From: an uncultured Methanolobus sp.
GTDB taxonomy: Archaea > Halobacteriota > Methanosarcinia > Methanosarcinales > Methanosarcinaceae
DNA: 64,000 nucleotides
Assembly: GCA_963675495.1 (NCBI GenBank)
Contig: OY776215.1
Span: 2,240,001-2,304,000 of the forward strand
Reading direction: 5' to 3'
Positions 18,699 to 27,933 of this stretch are shown here, one piece after another. Under the pieces are notes generated by a model. It saw only the letters and a list, made by a program, of their open reading frames with translations, had not been told where the DNA came from and did no database searches. Made by a program: the position numbers and the translations under genes. The first letter of the stretch is position 1. Every line of letters starts with the position of its first letter.

Positions 18699-20357
18699 AT
18701 GGATCCGGAATTTCAAAAAGCCATAGAAAGAAATCCTCACCTTGGGGAATACGTAAAGAAATTCATGCAGGAAACCGGAGCTGATGAACCTACCTTCATG
18801 GTTAGTCTTTCAAAAGACCTCGACAGTGAAAATGTAAATGTCATCCTACCTGTGGGGGATCCGGTATTCATCCATCTTTATGGAACTTCAGAGCTTGGAG
18901 AAGTTAGATATTATGGAATTGAACCGTTACTCAACAACACTGAAAAAAAGAAATATCAGACCGTTTTGAATATAATTCTTGAAAGATCAGCATCAGAACC
19001 TGTTCCTGAATCGGAGGCTGAGCTTAGGGACCTCATTACAAAATTGTTCAATTCATCAATAGAGATTGGTTCAGGTGGCAACATCGAAGAAAAAGAAAGC
19101 AGCAAGTTCAATATACTCCAAAAGCTGATGCCTGTACAGCAAAAGGTCCAGATGACCCAGAGTGAGTACAACAAGATTCTCTACCATATAGAAAGGGATA
19201 TTATTGGTTCTGGTCCGATAGAGCCTATCATCCGGGACCCTTATCTTGAGGATATCAGTAGTATCGGGGTAGATAATATCTTTATTGTCCACAAAATATT
19301 CGATACGATCAAAACCGATCTCACTTTTGGGGATGAACAGGGTCTTGATGACTGGCTTCGTGGGATGAGCGAACGAATAGGTCGTCCTGTTAGTGATGCC
19401 AGACCAATTGCTGATGGAGCACTTCCGGATGGTTCACGTATTAACATTATTTATCCAATAGATGTCAGCAAGCGTGGTAGCAGTTTTACCATGCGTAAGT
19501 TCAGTGATGTACCTGTGAGCATCATCCAGCTCATTAACTGGGGCGCTCTGGATTCGGAAATGGCAGCTTATATGTGGATGTGCCTTGAGAATGGTATGAG
19601 TATATTCTTTAGTGGTGAAACTGCTAGTGGAAAGACAACAATGCTTAATGCGTGTCTTGCCTTTGTCAACCCGAGGGCAAAAATATTCTCTGCGGAGGAC
19701 ACTGCCGAAGTCCAGCCTCCTCAGCCAGTATGGCAGCAGTTGATAACTCGTGAGGAGGGTCCGCCTGAATCAAGGGTAGATACCTTCGCCCTTCTTAAGG
19801 CCGCACTTCGTTCAAGGCCGAACTATATCATTGTTGGTGAAATTCGAGGAGCTGAAGGTAACGTAGCTTTCCAGGGTATGCAGACAGGGCACCCGGTACT
19901 TGCAACATTCCACGCATCAGCAGTTTCAAAGATGATCCAGCGTCTCACAGCTGACCCTATCAATGTTCCTGTTACGTTCATTGATAATCTCAATATTGCA
20001 ATGATATTGTCTGCAGTATACCGAAAGGGAAAGTTCCTCAGGCGTGCACTTGCGGTCGAAGAGATCGAAGGTTATTATGAAGAGATCGGTGGTGTTGCTA
20101 CAAGGGCTGTTTTCCAGTGGGAGCCGGACACAGACAAACATAAGTTCCGTGGTCTGAACAACAGTTACATCCTCGAAGATAAGATCGCTACAAAACTTGG
20201 TTATGAGGACAAGAGGGCTATATATCAGGATCTTTTCCTCAGGGCGAAGATACTTGAAGAAATGCGTTCAAGGGGAATTGAAGATTATTATGAGGTTCTT
20301 GAGATCATAGTCAATTTCTACAAACATGGCATAGAAGGCCTTCCGTTTGCAATTTAG
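18699..20357 (+). CDS. arlI: Archaellum motor ATPase ArlI (FlaI)
   Basis: NPHL N-terminus, RDPYLEDIS, LPDGSRIN, Walker A GETASGKTT, LRSRPNYIIVGEIRG, TGHPVLATFHA. Confidence 0.95.
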   Translation: MDPEFQKAIERNPHLGEYVKKFMQETGADEPTFMVSLSKDLDSENVNVILPVGDPVFIHLYGTSELGEVRYYGIEPLLNNTEKKKYQTVLNIILERSASEPVPESEAELRDLITKLFNSSIEIGSGGNIEEKESSKFNILQKLMPVQQKVQMTQSEYNKILYHIERDIIGSGPIEPIIRDPYLEDISSIGVDNIFIVHKIFDTIKTDLTFGDEQGLDDWLRGMSERIGRPVSDARPIADGALPDGSRINIIYPIDVSKRGSSFTMRKFSDVPVSIIQLINWGALDSEMAAYMWMCLENGMSIFFSGETASGKTTMLNACLAFVNPRAKIFSAEDTAEVQPPQPVWQQLITREEGPPESRVDTFALLKAALRSRPNYIIVGEIRGAEGNVAFQGMQTGHPVLATFHASAVSKMIQRLTADPINVPVTFIDNLNIAMILSAVYRKGKFLRRALAVEEIEGYYEEIGGVATRAVFQWEPDTDKHKFRGLNNSYILEDKIATKLGYEDKRAIYQDLFLRAKILEEMRSRGIEDYYEVLEIIVNFYKHGIEGLPFAI

Positions 20358-20366
20358 GTGTGTTTC

Positions 20367-22022
20367 ATGAGCTATGAAAAGGCATTCAAGAATATCGGCA
20401 TGGAACCCAAGGCATATGCCAAAAAGTTTGCCTTGCCCATAATGGTATTTGGTTTTATTTTTTCAATAGTTCTACTGGTAGGCTTTCCTACACTTTTTAC
20501 TGGTCCTACTAAGTACATACCAATATTGATACCTGTGATATGTATCATCTTTGCTTTATCCTACCCTTTATCGATTCTTGCTGCTAAAGCTTCCCGTATA
20601 GATAATAATATGCACTATTACATTACCCAGATGGGTTCGATTGCCACAGCAGAAACCCCAAGGATAGATATAGTCCGCATCGTCTCGGAGAATCCTGACT
20701 ATCAGGAACTTGCAGAGGAAACAAGAAAAATATATGACCTTGTTATGGTATGGCATCTCAGCCTTGCTGAAGCCTGTCGTTTTGTTTCTAAAAGAACTCC
20801 TTCTATAATATTTGAAGACTTCCTTGATAGGTTTGCACACGCCCTTCAGTCAGGAGAAGATGTAAAGTCCTTCCTTTTCGCAGAACAGGGTGTGGTAATG
20901 AATGAGTATGAATCCATGTATATGGGTGCCCTTTATGTCGTTGAAATAATTAAGGAACTATTCGTATCCCTTGTGATGTCTTTGATATTCATGGCATCCT
21001 TTGCAGTTATCATGCCTGTTATCACAGGTATGAATGCAGAGCTATTGATGAGCATGGTCGTGCTTGTCTTCCTTGTAACCGATCTCGTTATGGTGATGTT
21101 CACTAAAAGTAAGATACCAAAGGACCCGGCATGGAGCAGTTCTTCTAATCTTACGGAAAACAAGTTGAAATTGTACCGTTCAATACCGATTTCTATAGCT
21201 GGCTGCATTATTATGTTCATTGCAGTATCACTTTATGGAAAGATTGAAACGTCTATTGCAGTAGCTATGGTCATAACTCCACTTGCTTACACTGGTCATG
21301 TTTCAAAAAAGATCGAGCGGAGTATCAGAAGGAAAGATGAGAACTTCCCTGCATTTATCCGTTCTCTTGGAAGTTCTGCCGGTGCAAGGGGTGGTGTTAT
21401 TGATGATGCGCTCAAAGCTCTGAGGGCACATGATTTTGGTCCTCTTACAAAAGATGTGAACAATCTCTATAAGATGCTTGTGACCAGAATTGACAAATTT
21501 GGTTCATGGGATTATTTTGGAGCCAACACTGGCAGCAATCTCATACAGCGTTTTTCTGTAATGTTTGTGGAGGCCACCAATCTGGGTGGTCAGCCAGAGG
21601 TCATAGGGGATATAATAGCAACTAACTTCCACAAGATTGTAACACTCAGGAAAAAAAGATCTCAATCTGCCGGAAGTCTTGTTGGGGTCCTGTATGGTCT
21701 GACAGGTGGTATAGGTTTCACAATGTATATTTCACTTGGTGTGGTCGGACTTATGCAGGATATGTTCTCAGCTGTAGAAATGCCTCCTGGAATGTCCATG
21801 GGAATGGTATTGTATACAAACGTGGGCAGTATTGAGACACTGTCAAACATGGTCATGTTGATAATGGTTGGTCATTCCCTGATGTCTGCTATTCTGATCA
21901 GGATAGTGGATGGAGGACATATGCTAAGCGCTACCACAGATTTTGTGATAATGGTCTGGATATCCGGTGCAAGTGCAGTCGTCACTATGGCAGGTGTGTC
22001 CTCGCTGCTGAATCTAAGTTAA
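20367..22022 (+). CDS. arlJ: Archaellum platform membrane protein ArlJ (FlaJ)
   Basis: Polytopic membrane protein, EDFLDRFAHALQSGE, FPAFIRSLG, HDFGPL, TGSNLI. Confidence 0.93.
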   Translation: MSYEKAFKNIGMEPKAYAKKFALPIMVFGFIFSIVLLVGFPTLFTGPTKYIPILIPVICIIFALSYPLSILAAKASRIDNNMHYYITQMGSIATAETPRIDIVRIVSENPDYQELAEETRKIYDLVMVWHLSLAEACRFVSKRTPSIIFEDFLDRFAHALQSGEDVKSFLFAEQGVVMNEYESMYMGALYVVEIIKELFVSLVMSLIFMASFAVIMPVITGMNAELLMSMVVLVFLVTDLVMVMFTKSKIPKDPAWSSSSNLTENKLKLYRSIPISIAGCIIMFIAVSLYGKIETSIAVAMVITPLAYTGHVSKKIERSIRRKDENFPAFIRSLGSSAGARGGVIDDALKALRAHDFGPLTKDVNNLYKMLVTRIDKFGSWDYFGANTGSNLIQRFSVMFVEATNLGGQPEVIGDIIATNFHKIVTLRKKRSQSAGSLVGVLYGLTGGIGFTMYISLGVVGLMQDMFSAVEMPPGMSMGMVLYTNVGSIETLSNMVMLIMVGHSLMSAILIRIVDGGHMLSATTDFVIMVWISGASAVVTMAGVSSLLNLS

Positions 22023-22056
22023 AAAAAAGCTTTAAAATAGAAATGAATAAAAAGCC

Positions 22057-22732
22057 GGCTCTGTAGAAATCCTACTTAGCAGATGATTCCTGCATAATAA
22101 TTTAAAGAAGATGTTTCATCTGACTATTACTTATTATCCATCAAACCAAACGTATAAATCTCTCAAACACAAAGTCAATATGGGTATTGATTACTTGGCA
22201 ACGTTTGTTTAATTAGTAGTTGAGGAATGGGTAAATGAAACAGAGACTATTACCACCAAACTATTTCTTTTTGTTATTGCTCTTGTCCATAGCATCACAT
22301 TTTTTGTTTTCTTCCTGGACTTTCATTCGTCCACCATATTTATACCTAGGTATCATTCCTGTGATTTTTGGTATTGTGCTGAACCTGTGGACCGATATTA
22401 CATTCAAAAACAATAACACAACTGTCAAACCACTTGAAAAACCGTCTTCATTCATAGTATCCGGTCCTTTTCGAATCAGTCGCCATCCCATGTATCTTGG
22501 AATGGCTTCCATATTGCTTGGAGTATCACTGTTGCTAGGGTCAGTAATTAGTCTCATGTCCCCGCTAATATTTGTATTCCTGATGGAAAAATTATTCATT
22601 CCTGTGGAAGAAGGAAATATGGAAGATATTTTTGGTGAACAATATCTTGACTACAAAAGAAAAGTAAGGCGATGGATATGACTTGCATTTTGATTATCGT
22701 TTTATCAATAGGCAGGTAACTTCTACAGAGCC
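22057..22732. mobile_element. Non-autonomous IS5/IS903-like element (cassette) carrying one passenger gene
   Basis: Perfect 12-bp terminal inverted repeats GGCTCTGTAGAA (22057-22068) and TTCTACAGAGCC (22721-22732); flanks AAAAGCC / AAAACCC resemble a decayed target duplication; no transposase inside. Confidence 0.6.
22235..22681 (+). CDS. Isoprenylcysteine carboxyl methyltransferase (ICMT/PEMT) family membrane protein
   Basis: SGPFRISRHPMYLG, IPVEE...FGEQYLDYKRKVRRWI. Confidence 0.92.
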   Translation: MKQRLLPPNYFFLLLLLSIASHFLFSSWTFIRPPYLYLGIIPVIFGIVLNLWTDITFKNNNTTVKPLEKPSSFIVSGPFRISRHPMYLGMASILLGVSLLLGSVISLMSPLIFVFLMEKLFIPVEEGNMEDIFGEQYLDYKRKVRRWI

Positions 22733-22749
22733 AAAACCCATAATGGTTT

Positions 22750-23748
22750 TTATTTTATTCTTGTTCTTATGTACTTTGCAATAATTTCGCCAACATCTGA
22801 TGTGCTGTGTTTCCCACCAAGGTCCGGCGTACAAATTCCCATATTGAGTGCAGCGTCGACGGCTTCCTCAACAATGGCTGCCTCTGCAAGGTCGCCATGC
22901 CATTCAAGGAGCATTTTCAGGCTAAGGATTGCGGCAATAGGGTTTGCAATATTCTTGCCAGCGATATCAGGGGCACTTCCATGAACTGGTTCAAAGAAGG
23001 CATATTTTTCTCCGATATTGGCACTGGGCAGAAGGCCGAGTCCTCCTATCAGGGCACCTGACATATCGCTCAGGATGTCTCCAAAGAGGTTGGTTGTAAC
23101 TATGACATCATAATTCCAGGGAGATGTAATGAGATTGTAGGCGAAAGAATCCACTAGTTCATCCCGGTGCACTACTCCCGTATCTATTGCAGCCTGACGG
23201 GAAACATCAAGAAATAGCTTGTCAGACTTCATGACGTTGGATTTATGGACTATTGTCAGTTTGTTCGTCCTGCTCTTCGCAAGTTTGCATGCGTAATCAG
23301 CGATTCTCTTTGATCCTTTTCTCGTAATCACTCTTTTAGTGGAAGAGGCATCGTTTCCTATTTCCTCAATGCCTGAATATAGTCCTTCTGTGTTTTCCCT
23401 GACGATAATAAAATTAAAATCATTGCGGTCGTGAATACCTTTCACTGAGGGTAAAGGGCGAATTGGTCGGATATTTGCATACATGTCCAGTTCTTTGCGG
23501 ATTGTGAGAAGTACACTTTTATAATTAGGGTCGGGTGGTGTTGTCACAGCACCGAAGAACACACAATCACACTCTTTCAGTGTCACTATATCTTCATCAG
23601 TTATTGCAGAGCCTGTCTTCTCCCATTTTTCATAACCAAGTTCCACAGGTACTTTTTCAACATCAAGGCTTAGTGCGTCAAGTACCTTTATTGATGCTGG
23701 AATTACTTCTTTCCCAACTCCATCACCTTCGACAACTGCCAGTTTCAT
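22750..23748 (-). CDS. aksF: Homoisocitrate/isopropylmalate dehydrogenase family, probably AksF (coenzyme B 2-oxoacid elongation)
   Basis: GDGVGKEV, IVRENTEGLY, VHKSNVMK, TTNLFGDILSD, FEPVHGSAPDIAGK; co-transcribed with a YLRT-type small subunit. Confidence 0.75.
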   Translation of the reverse strand: MKLAVVEGDGVGKEVIPASIKVLDALSLDVEKVPVELGYEKWEKTGSAITDEDIVTLKECDCVFFGAVTTPPDPNYKSVLLTIRKELDMYANIRPIRPLPSVKGIHDRNDFNFIIVRENTEGLYSGIEEIGNDASSTKRVITRKGSKRIADYACKLAKSRTNKLTIVHKSNVMKSDKLFLDVSRQAAIDTGVVHRDELVDSFAYNLITSPWNYDVIVTTNLFGDILSDMSGALIGGLGLLPSANIGEKYAFFEPVHGSAPDIAGKNIANPIAAILSLKMLLEWHGDLAEAAIVEEAVDAALNMGICTPDLGGKHSTSDVGEIIAKYIRTRIK

Positions 23749-24617
23749 GCTAATTCCTCTTTATTGCTTCTCATATCTTCAACAAGATCCCATATTGCTT
23801 TTGCAACATCGAATTCCGATGATCCCCAGTGGACCATTGCTCCACGTATGCCATTAATGGTGACGATTCCTGATTTTTCAGAACGGCAACATCTTGTTAT
23901 GAAAGGCTTTGATGGTTTGAAAACATCGGATTTGAAAGGGCATATGTTTACAAATGAATACTCACGTTCCGGAAATCTTGATTCAAAAAGGGTTTTTGAG
24001 ATCTCACACCCAACCAGCAATGCACCATCTTCCTCAATCACGTCACAATCAAGGCATTTCCCTTTCAGGCCGGAAGACGAACATGGGAATACGGTATTTT
24101 CTCCCTCAAATCTTCGAAGGTCTGTAAGGTTCTCTGAGAACTTGATAGTAAGATCTCCGAATATCCCGCTTTTCTCTACTCTTCGTACAACACTTGAAAG
24201 CCAGGAAGGTTCGGGTGGTACTACATCCACGATTTCAATATCCAGAATTGCGGAAAGATCAGGTTTATGTACAAATGTCAGGTGCTTATCGATGCCTGTG
24301 AATATTACGGTGTTGATATTTCCCTTGCAGATGTTTGATGCAGTTTCTATGAGCAGTGTCCTGTCTTTGATATTCAGTTCTTTATCGTAGCGGATTATCT
24401 CTTCACCTGAAGCCAGTTCTTTTAGGGACTCAACATCTCTTAGCAGATTGTCTCCATGATGATTCACTTCATAAAGAGTGTAGCTTTTCTCATCATCGCA
24501 GTGTTCCACAATCATGTACTTTGTAAGGAAGTATATGCGTTTATCTTCACCATCATGTAGTTCCCTGCTATGGCCTACACGTTTGTATTCATCAGGAAAT
24601 ATCATATTCATCATCAA
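23745..24617 (-). CDS. Conserved hypothetical Cys-rich protein between aksE and aksF
   Basis: IFPDEYKRVG, IYFLTKY, GIDKHLTFV, VFPC, LVGC, ICPF, TRCC, VHWG; its stop overlaps the aksF start. Confidence 0.8.
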   Translation of the reverse strand: MMMNMIFPDEYKRVGHSRELHDGEDKRIYFLTKYMIVEHCDDEKSYTLYEVNHHGDNLLRDVESLKELASGEEIIRYDKELNIKDRTLLIETASNICKGNINTVIFTGIDKHLTFVHKPDLSAILDIEIVDVVPPEPSWLSSVVRRVEKSGIFGDLTIKFSENLTDLRRFEGENTVFPCSSSGLKGKCLDCDVIEEDGALLVGCEISKTLFESRFPEREYSFVNICPFKSDVFKPSKPFITRCCRSEKSGIVTINGIRGAMVHWGSSEFDVAKAIWDLVEDMRSNKEELA

Positions 24618-24619
24618 TG

Positions 24620-25108
24620 TTACTGTGATTTCTTCGTTGCTTTACGCTGAGCTACAAGCCCGCCATTTGTCAGCATTTCAAGAAGGAAGTCCGGAAGTTT
24701 GTTTCCATGAAAAACTTTGCCATTTACTTTTACAGTTCCCTGAAGCAGATCAATTTCAACTTCATCTCCTTCATTGCACTGTACGTCTGCTTCCATTAGT
24801 GGGAGTCCTACATTGATGGCGTTTCTGAAGAATATCCTTCCAAAAGACCTTGCCACTACACATGCAACACCTGCATATTTAAGGGCCAATGCCGCCTGTT
24901 CTCTGGATGAGCCACAGCCAAAATTGTCATCTGCAACAATTACGTCTCCTTTTTTTACCTTTTTTGAGAACTCGGGGTCTATTCCTTCCATAGCATGATC
25001 TGCAAATACCTGCATGTCCGTTGTACGCAGGTATTTTCCGGGAATTATAACATCGGTATCGATATCACTGCCGAATGTCCATGCTTTTCCCTTGATTATA
25101 TTATCCAA
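24620..25108 (-). CDS. aksE: Homoaconitase small subunit (LeuD family, YLRT type)
   Basis: [37 protein letters not shown]; the YLRT loop is typical of homoaconitase HacB/AksE rather than LeuD. Confidence 0.8.
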   Translation of the reverse strand: MDNIIKGKAWTFGSDIDTDVIIPGKYLRTTDMQVFADHAMEGIDPEFSKKVKKGDVIVADDNFGCGSSREQAALALKYAGVACVVARSFGRIFFRNAINVGLPLMEADVQCNEGDEVEIDLLQGTVKVNGKVFHGNKLPDFLLEMLTNGGLVAQRKATKKSQ

Positions 25109-25199
25109 TATATCACCTTAGAGCTAGCTTCTGCATAATGTTATTTGTAAGTGTCGGGAAATAAGTAAAAAAAATAAGGATGGAATGGGAAAGAAGTTC

Positions 25200-27653
25200 T
25201 CACACTTCAATCGTATTCCCATTCAGAACATCCAATTCACTCACACTTATTTGTTTAGTAATATTTCCATAACTAATCACATAAGGTCCGGTTGGCATTG
25301 TATCAAATTGTGTTTCAGCTTCTATAGGTCCTGTTGTGGAGTAGGGTACGGTGATAGAATATGTGCCATCAGATGTAGTGGACTGCGTGTAAGTGAACGT
25401 CCTCATCTGGTTTGTGAGTATGGTGTTGCTGACGACCACAGTTTCATTAACAGGTGCTGTTCCTGTGATTGTTGCACCTTCAACGTACTCGAAAATCTTT
25501 ACATATCCGGTGTTTTCTTCGGCCAATGTCCCGCCATAGAGCACATTGTAGACGTTCTTATATCCTGGCTCCTGTGTGCTTCCAATAGGTGATTCATATA
25601 CCATGCGGTATTGCTTAAGTCCACTAGCATCGAATATATGAAGTCTTGCTTCCATTGAATCGTAGTACCTTGGACCGGGTACGTTCTGGTAGCCAACGTC
25701 AGTTTGTACTGGTATGTAGTAGTTGTCAGTGTCCAGTGTCCAGGCAGTCATGGCATAGAATTTTCCTGTAGCCATTTCAACATCTGAAACAATGTAACGT
25801 GCACCTGCTTTTTCAGGGTCAGGGTGTATGGCTTCAAGTACTTTAGTCGCTTCTTCTTCAGAAGGAGCTGTGAAAAAAGTAGATGCTCCGGGTTGGTTCT
25901 CTTCATCAATGCTGTTTCTGCGGCCCCCGACTCCATGCTGAAATGGATTTGCATTTGGGATACGTCTTCCTATTACTTCTATCCAGTGTCCATAGTCCCA
26001 CCAGGACATCACACCATATGCAGTTTCAGGGTACTGGTAGCTTTCACCAACTGCAGGCTTCTCATAGCTTTCATAATAATCAAGCCCCGGATCAGGAGTG
26101 TTGTACCTGAGCCATTGGGTTGCTTCTATCCAGTAACCGTTAGGTCCTCCGGTACCCTGTGATTGTTGCATTGCAAGACTGTAGCTTGGGTATATGAGGA
26201 TAAGTATAATGAATGCTGCTGAAAGTATATGCATTACTTTTATGCTTTTGGCATTGAATGCCTTTGATTTGATGTCATCAATTAGTTTTTTCCATCCTGC
26301 CAGATCAAGTACCTTAATACCTATCCAGGCACTTAGTATAGCAGCGTTTACAGAATAATAGTATGCGAAACGGTTCTGCTGAAGCATGGCCCAGATGATC
26401 ATAAGTGTCCAAACAATCAGGAAAGTATTTTCAGGTGTGTTCTTCTGGGTGAATGCTTTGTAGATGAGTATTCCTAGTGCAATGAAAGAGATGTAACCCA
26501 TTGTACCAAAGTTGTACCAGAGAGGTTGTAGGGAGAACTGGCCACCTATGGAGAGGAGGGGGGAGGCTTCTGCTACTGTTAGGGCACCACCAGTATTAGT
26601 AAAGTAGCTGAATACGCTAATGGCTAATGAATAAAGAGATGGAGATACTGTTTTCGCTACTAAAAAAGCAAGAACGGCAATGGATAATATTGATAGTGGA
26701 TAATAATGTTTACCTTTACCACTATCTTGTAATTTTTTTGATAGGATTGTTAGTAGTGGAAAAGATATTATCCCTACAATTAATCCTTTTATATTCAACA
26801 TTTTTGTATAGTTTAAATTAAAATCAATTAGCATAATTGCCAATGCAAATAAAAAGATGGTGATGCCACCAATAGCTAAATAATCTGTTTCTCTTTCATG
26901 ATAGTGATCGACTATGTGCTGAATAACAATATATACTCCAATAATCATGCAGAAAAAAAGTCCTCCTAACCATGCAAGTAAATAAGCACCTAAGAATATT
27001 CCTGTCAATATGAAGTAGGGGAGCATTTTTTTTAGGTTTGCATAGTTTTTATTTTTTAGGTCCATAAAAGTTACTTTGTTTTTATTCGCAGTGGACAATG
27101 CTATTATTATGAACATGGATACTATTGTTGTCAGTAATGTTTCTGCTATGTGGTGATCATTGAATCCTATGGTGGATCTCGACAACAATTGACCTGGTGC
27201 TATTGCAACAAGAAAAGAGGCGAGAATTCCTACATTTTTGCTGAAAAGCCACTTACACGCATAATATATGGGAATTACCACAATTGCTCCTAAAAAAACA
27301 GGATAGTAAGCACATACTATTTTGATTAACTCATCACTTTGCTTCCCAAAACCAAGTACCCATATTATGGATGAAAGGAAAAAATCAAACAAAGGAGCAA
27401 AAACCTGATTTGTTCCAAACGGATATTCAGTAAAAGCATCAAATCGGAGTAAATGTGGATAATTATGGACTATGGATTCTACATTTCTTAAATGGTACCA
27501 CGGGTCATTTCCACCAAAACGTACGAAATCGTTCCAAAAAACTCCTTGAGAAGGTCTTAGTCGTATGTACAATGCTAAAGTAAAAGAAACAATTATTCCG
27601 ATGAGCGGTGCCCTTTTTATAAAAAAATTAACAGTTTTAGTCTCTTTTTTCAT
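25200..27653 (-). CDS. aglB: Oligosaccharyltransferase AglB (STT3)
   Basis: GNDPWYHLR, GFNDHHIAE, TVAEA, QNRFAYY, catalytic SWWDYGHWI, ANPFQ. Confidence 0.97.
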   Translation of the reverse strand: MKKETKTVNFFIKRAPLIGIIVSFTLALYIRLRPSQGVFWNDFVRFGGNDPWYHLRNVESIVHNYPHLLRFDAFTEYPFGTNQVFAPLFDFFLSSIIWVLGFGKQSDELIKIVCAYYPVFLGAIVVIPIYYACKWLFSKNVGILASFLVAIAPGQLLSRSTIGFNDHHIAETLLTTIVSMFIIIALSTANKNKVTFMDLKNKNYANLKKMLPYFILTGIFLGAYLLAWLGGLFFCMIIGVYIVIQHIVDHYHERETDYLAIGGITIFLFALAIMLIDFNLNYTKMLNIKGLIVGIISFPLLTILSKKLQDSGKGKHYYPLSILSIAVLAFLVAKTVSPSLYSLAISVFSYFTNTGGALTVAEASPLLSIGGQFSLQPLWYNFGTMGYISFIALGILIYKAFTQKNTPENTFLIVWTLMIIWAMLQQNRFAYYYSVNAAILSAWIGIKVLDLAGWKKLIDDIKSKAFNAKSIKVMHILSAAFIILILIYPSYSLAMQQSQGTGGPNGYWIEATQWLRYNTPDPGLDYYESYEKPAVGESYQYPETAYGVMSWWDYGHWIEVIGRRIPNANPFQHGVGGRRNSIDEENQPGASTFFTAPSEEEATKVLEAIHPDPEKAGARYIVSDVEMATGKFYAMTAWTLDTDNYYIPVQTDVGYQNVPGPRYYDSMEARLHIFDASGLKQYRMVYESPIGSTQEPGYKNVYNVLYGGTLAEENTGYVKIFEYVEGATITGTAPVNETVVVSNTILTNQMRTFTYTQSTTSDGTYSITVPYSTTGPIEAETQFDTMPTGPYVISYGNITKQISVSELDVLNGNTIEV

Positions 27654-27933
27654 ATAATCCCCTTTGAAATTTCAATAAGCAATAACTATCGATGATTATT
27701 TAAAAGATGCAAAATGTTATGTGGCTTTATTATAATAGTGGAGTGAATTAATTTTGTTTACAATATCTATCGCAAAAATATATATATTCAAATGTATCAT
27801 TAACTTTATGGTAGAATAACTGTTAAAATATAAGTACCATTGCATCATTTATACATAAGATTCATATCAATCTTTATAGTAATTAGTACATATAATTGAT
27901 AAATATTTAAAAACATTATCGAGTTCGTTCACC

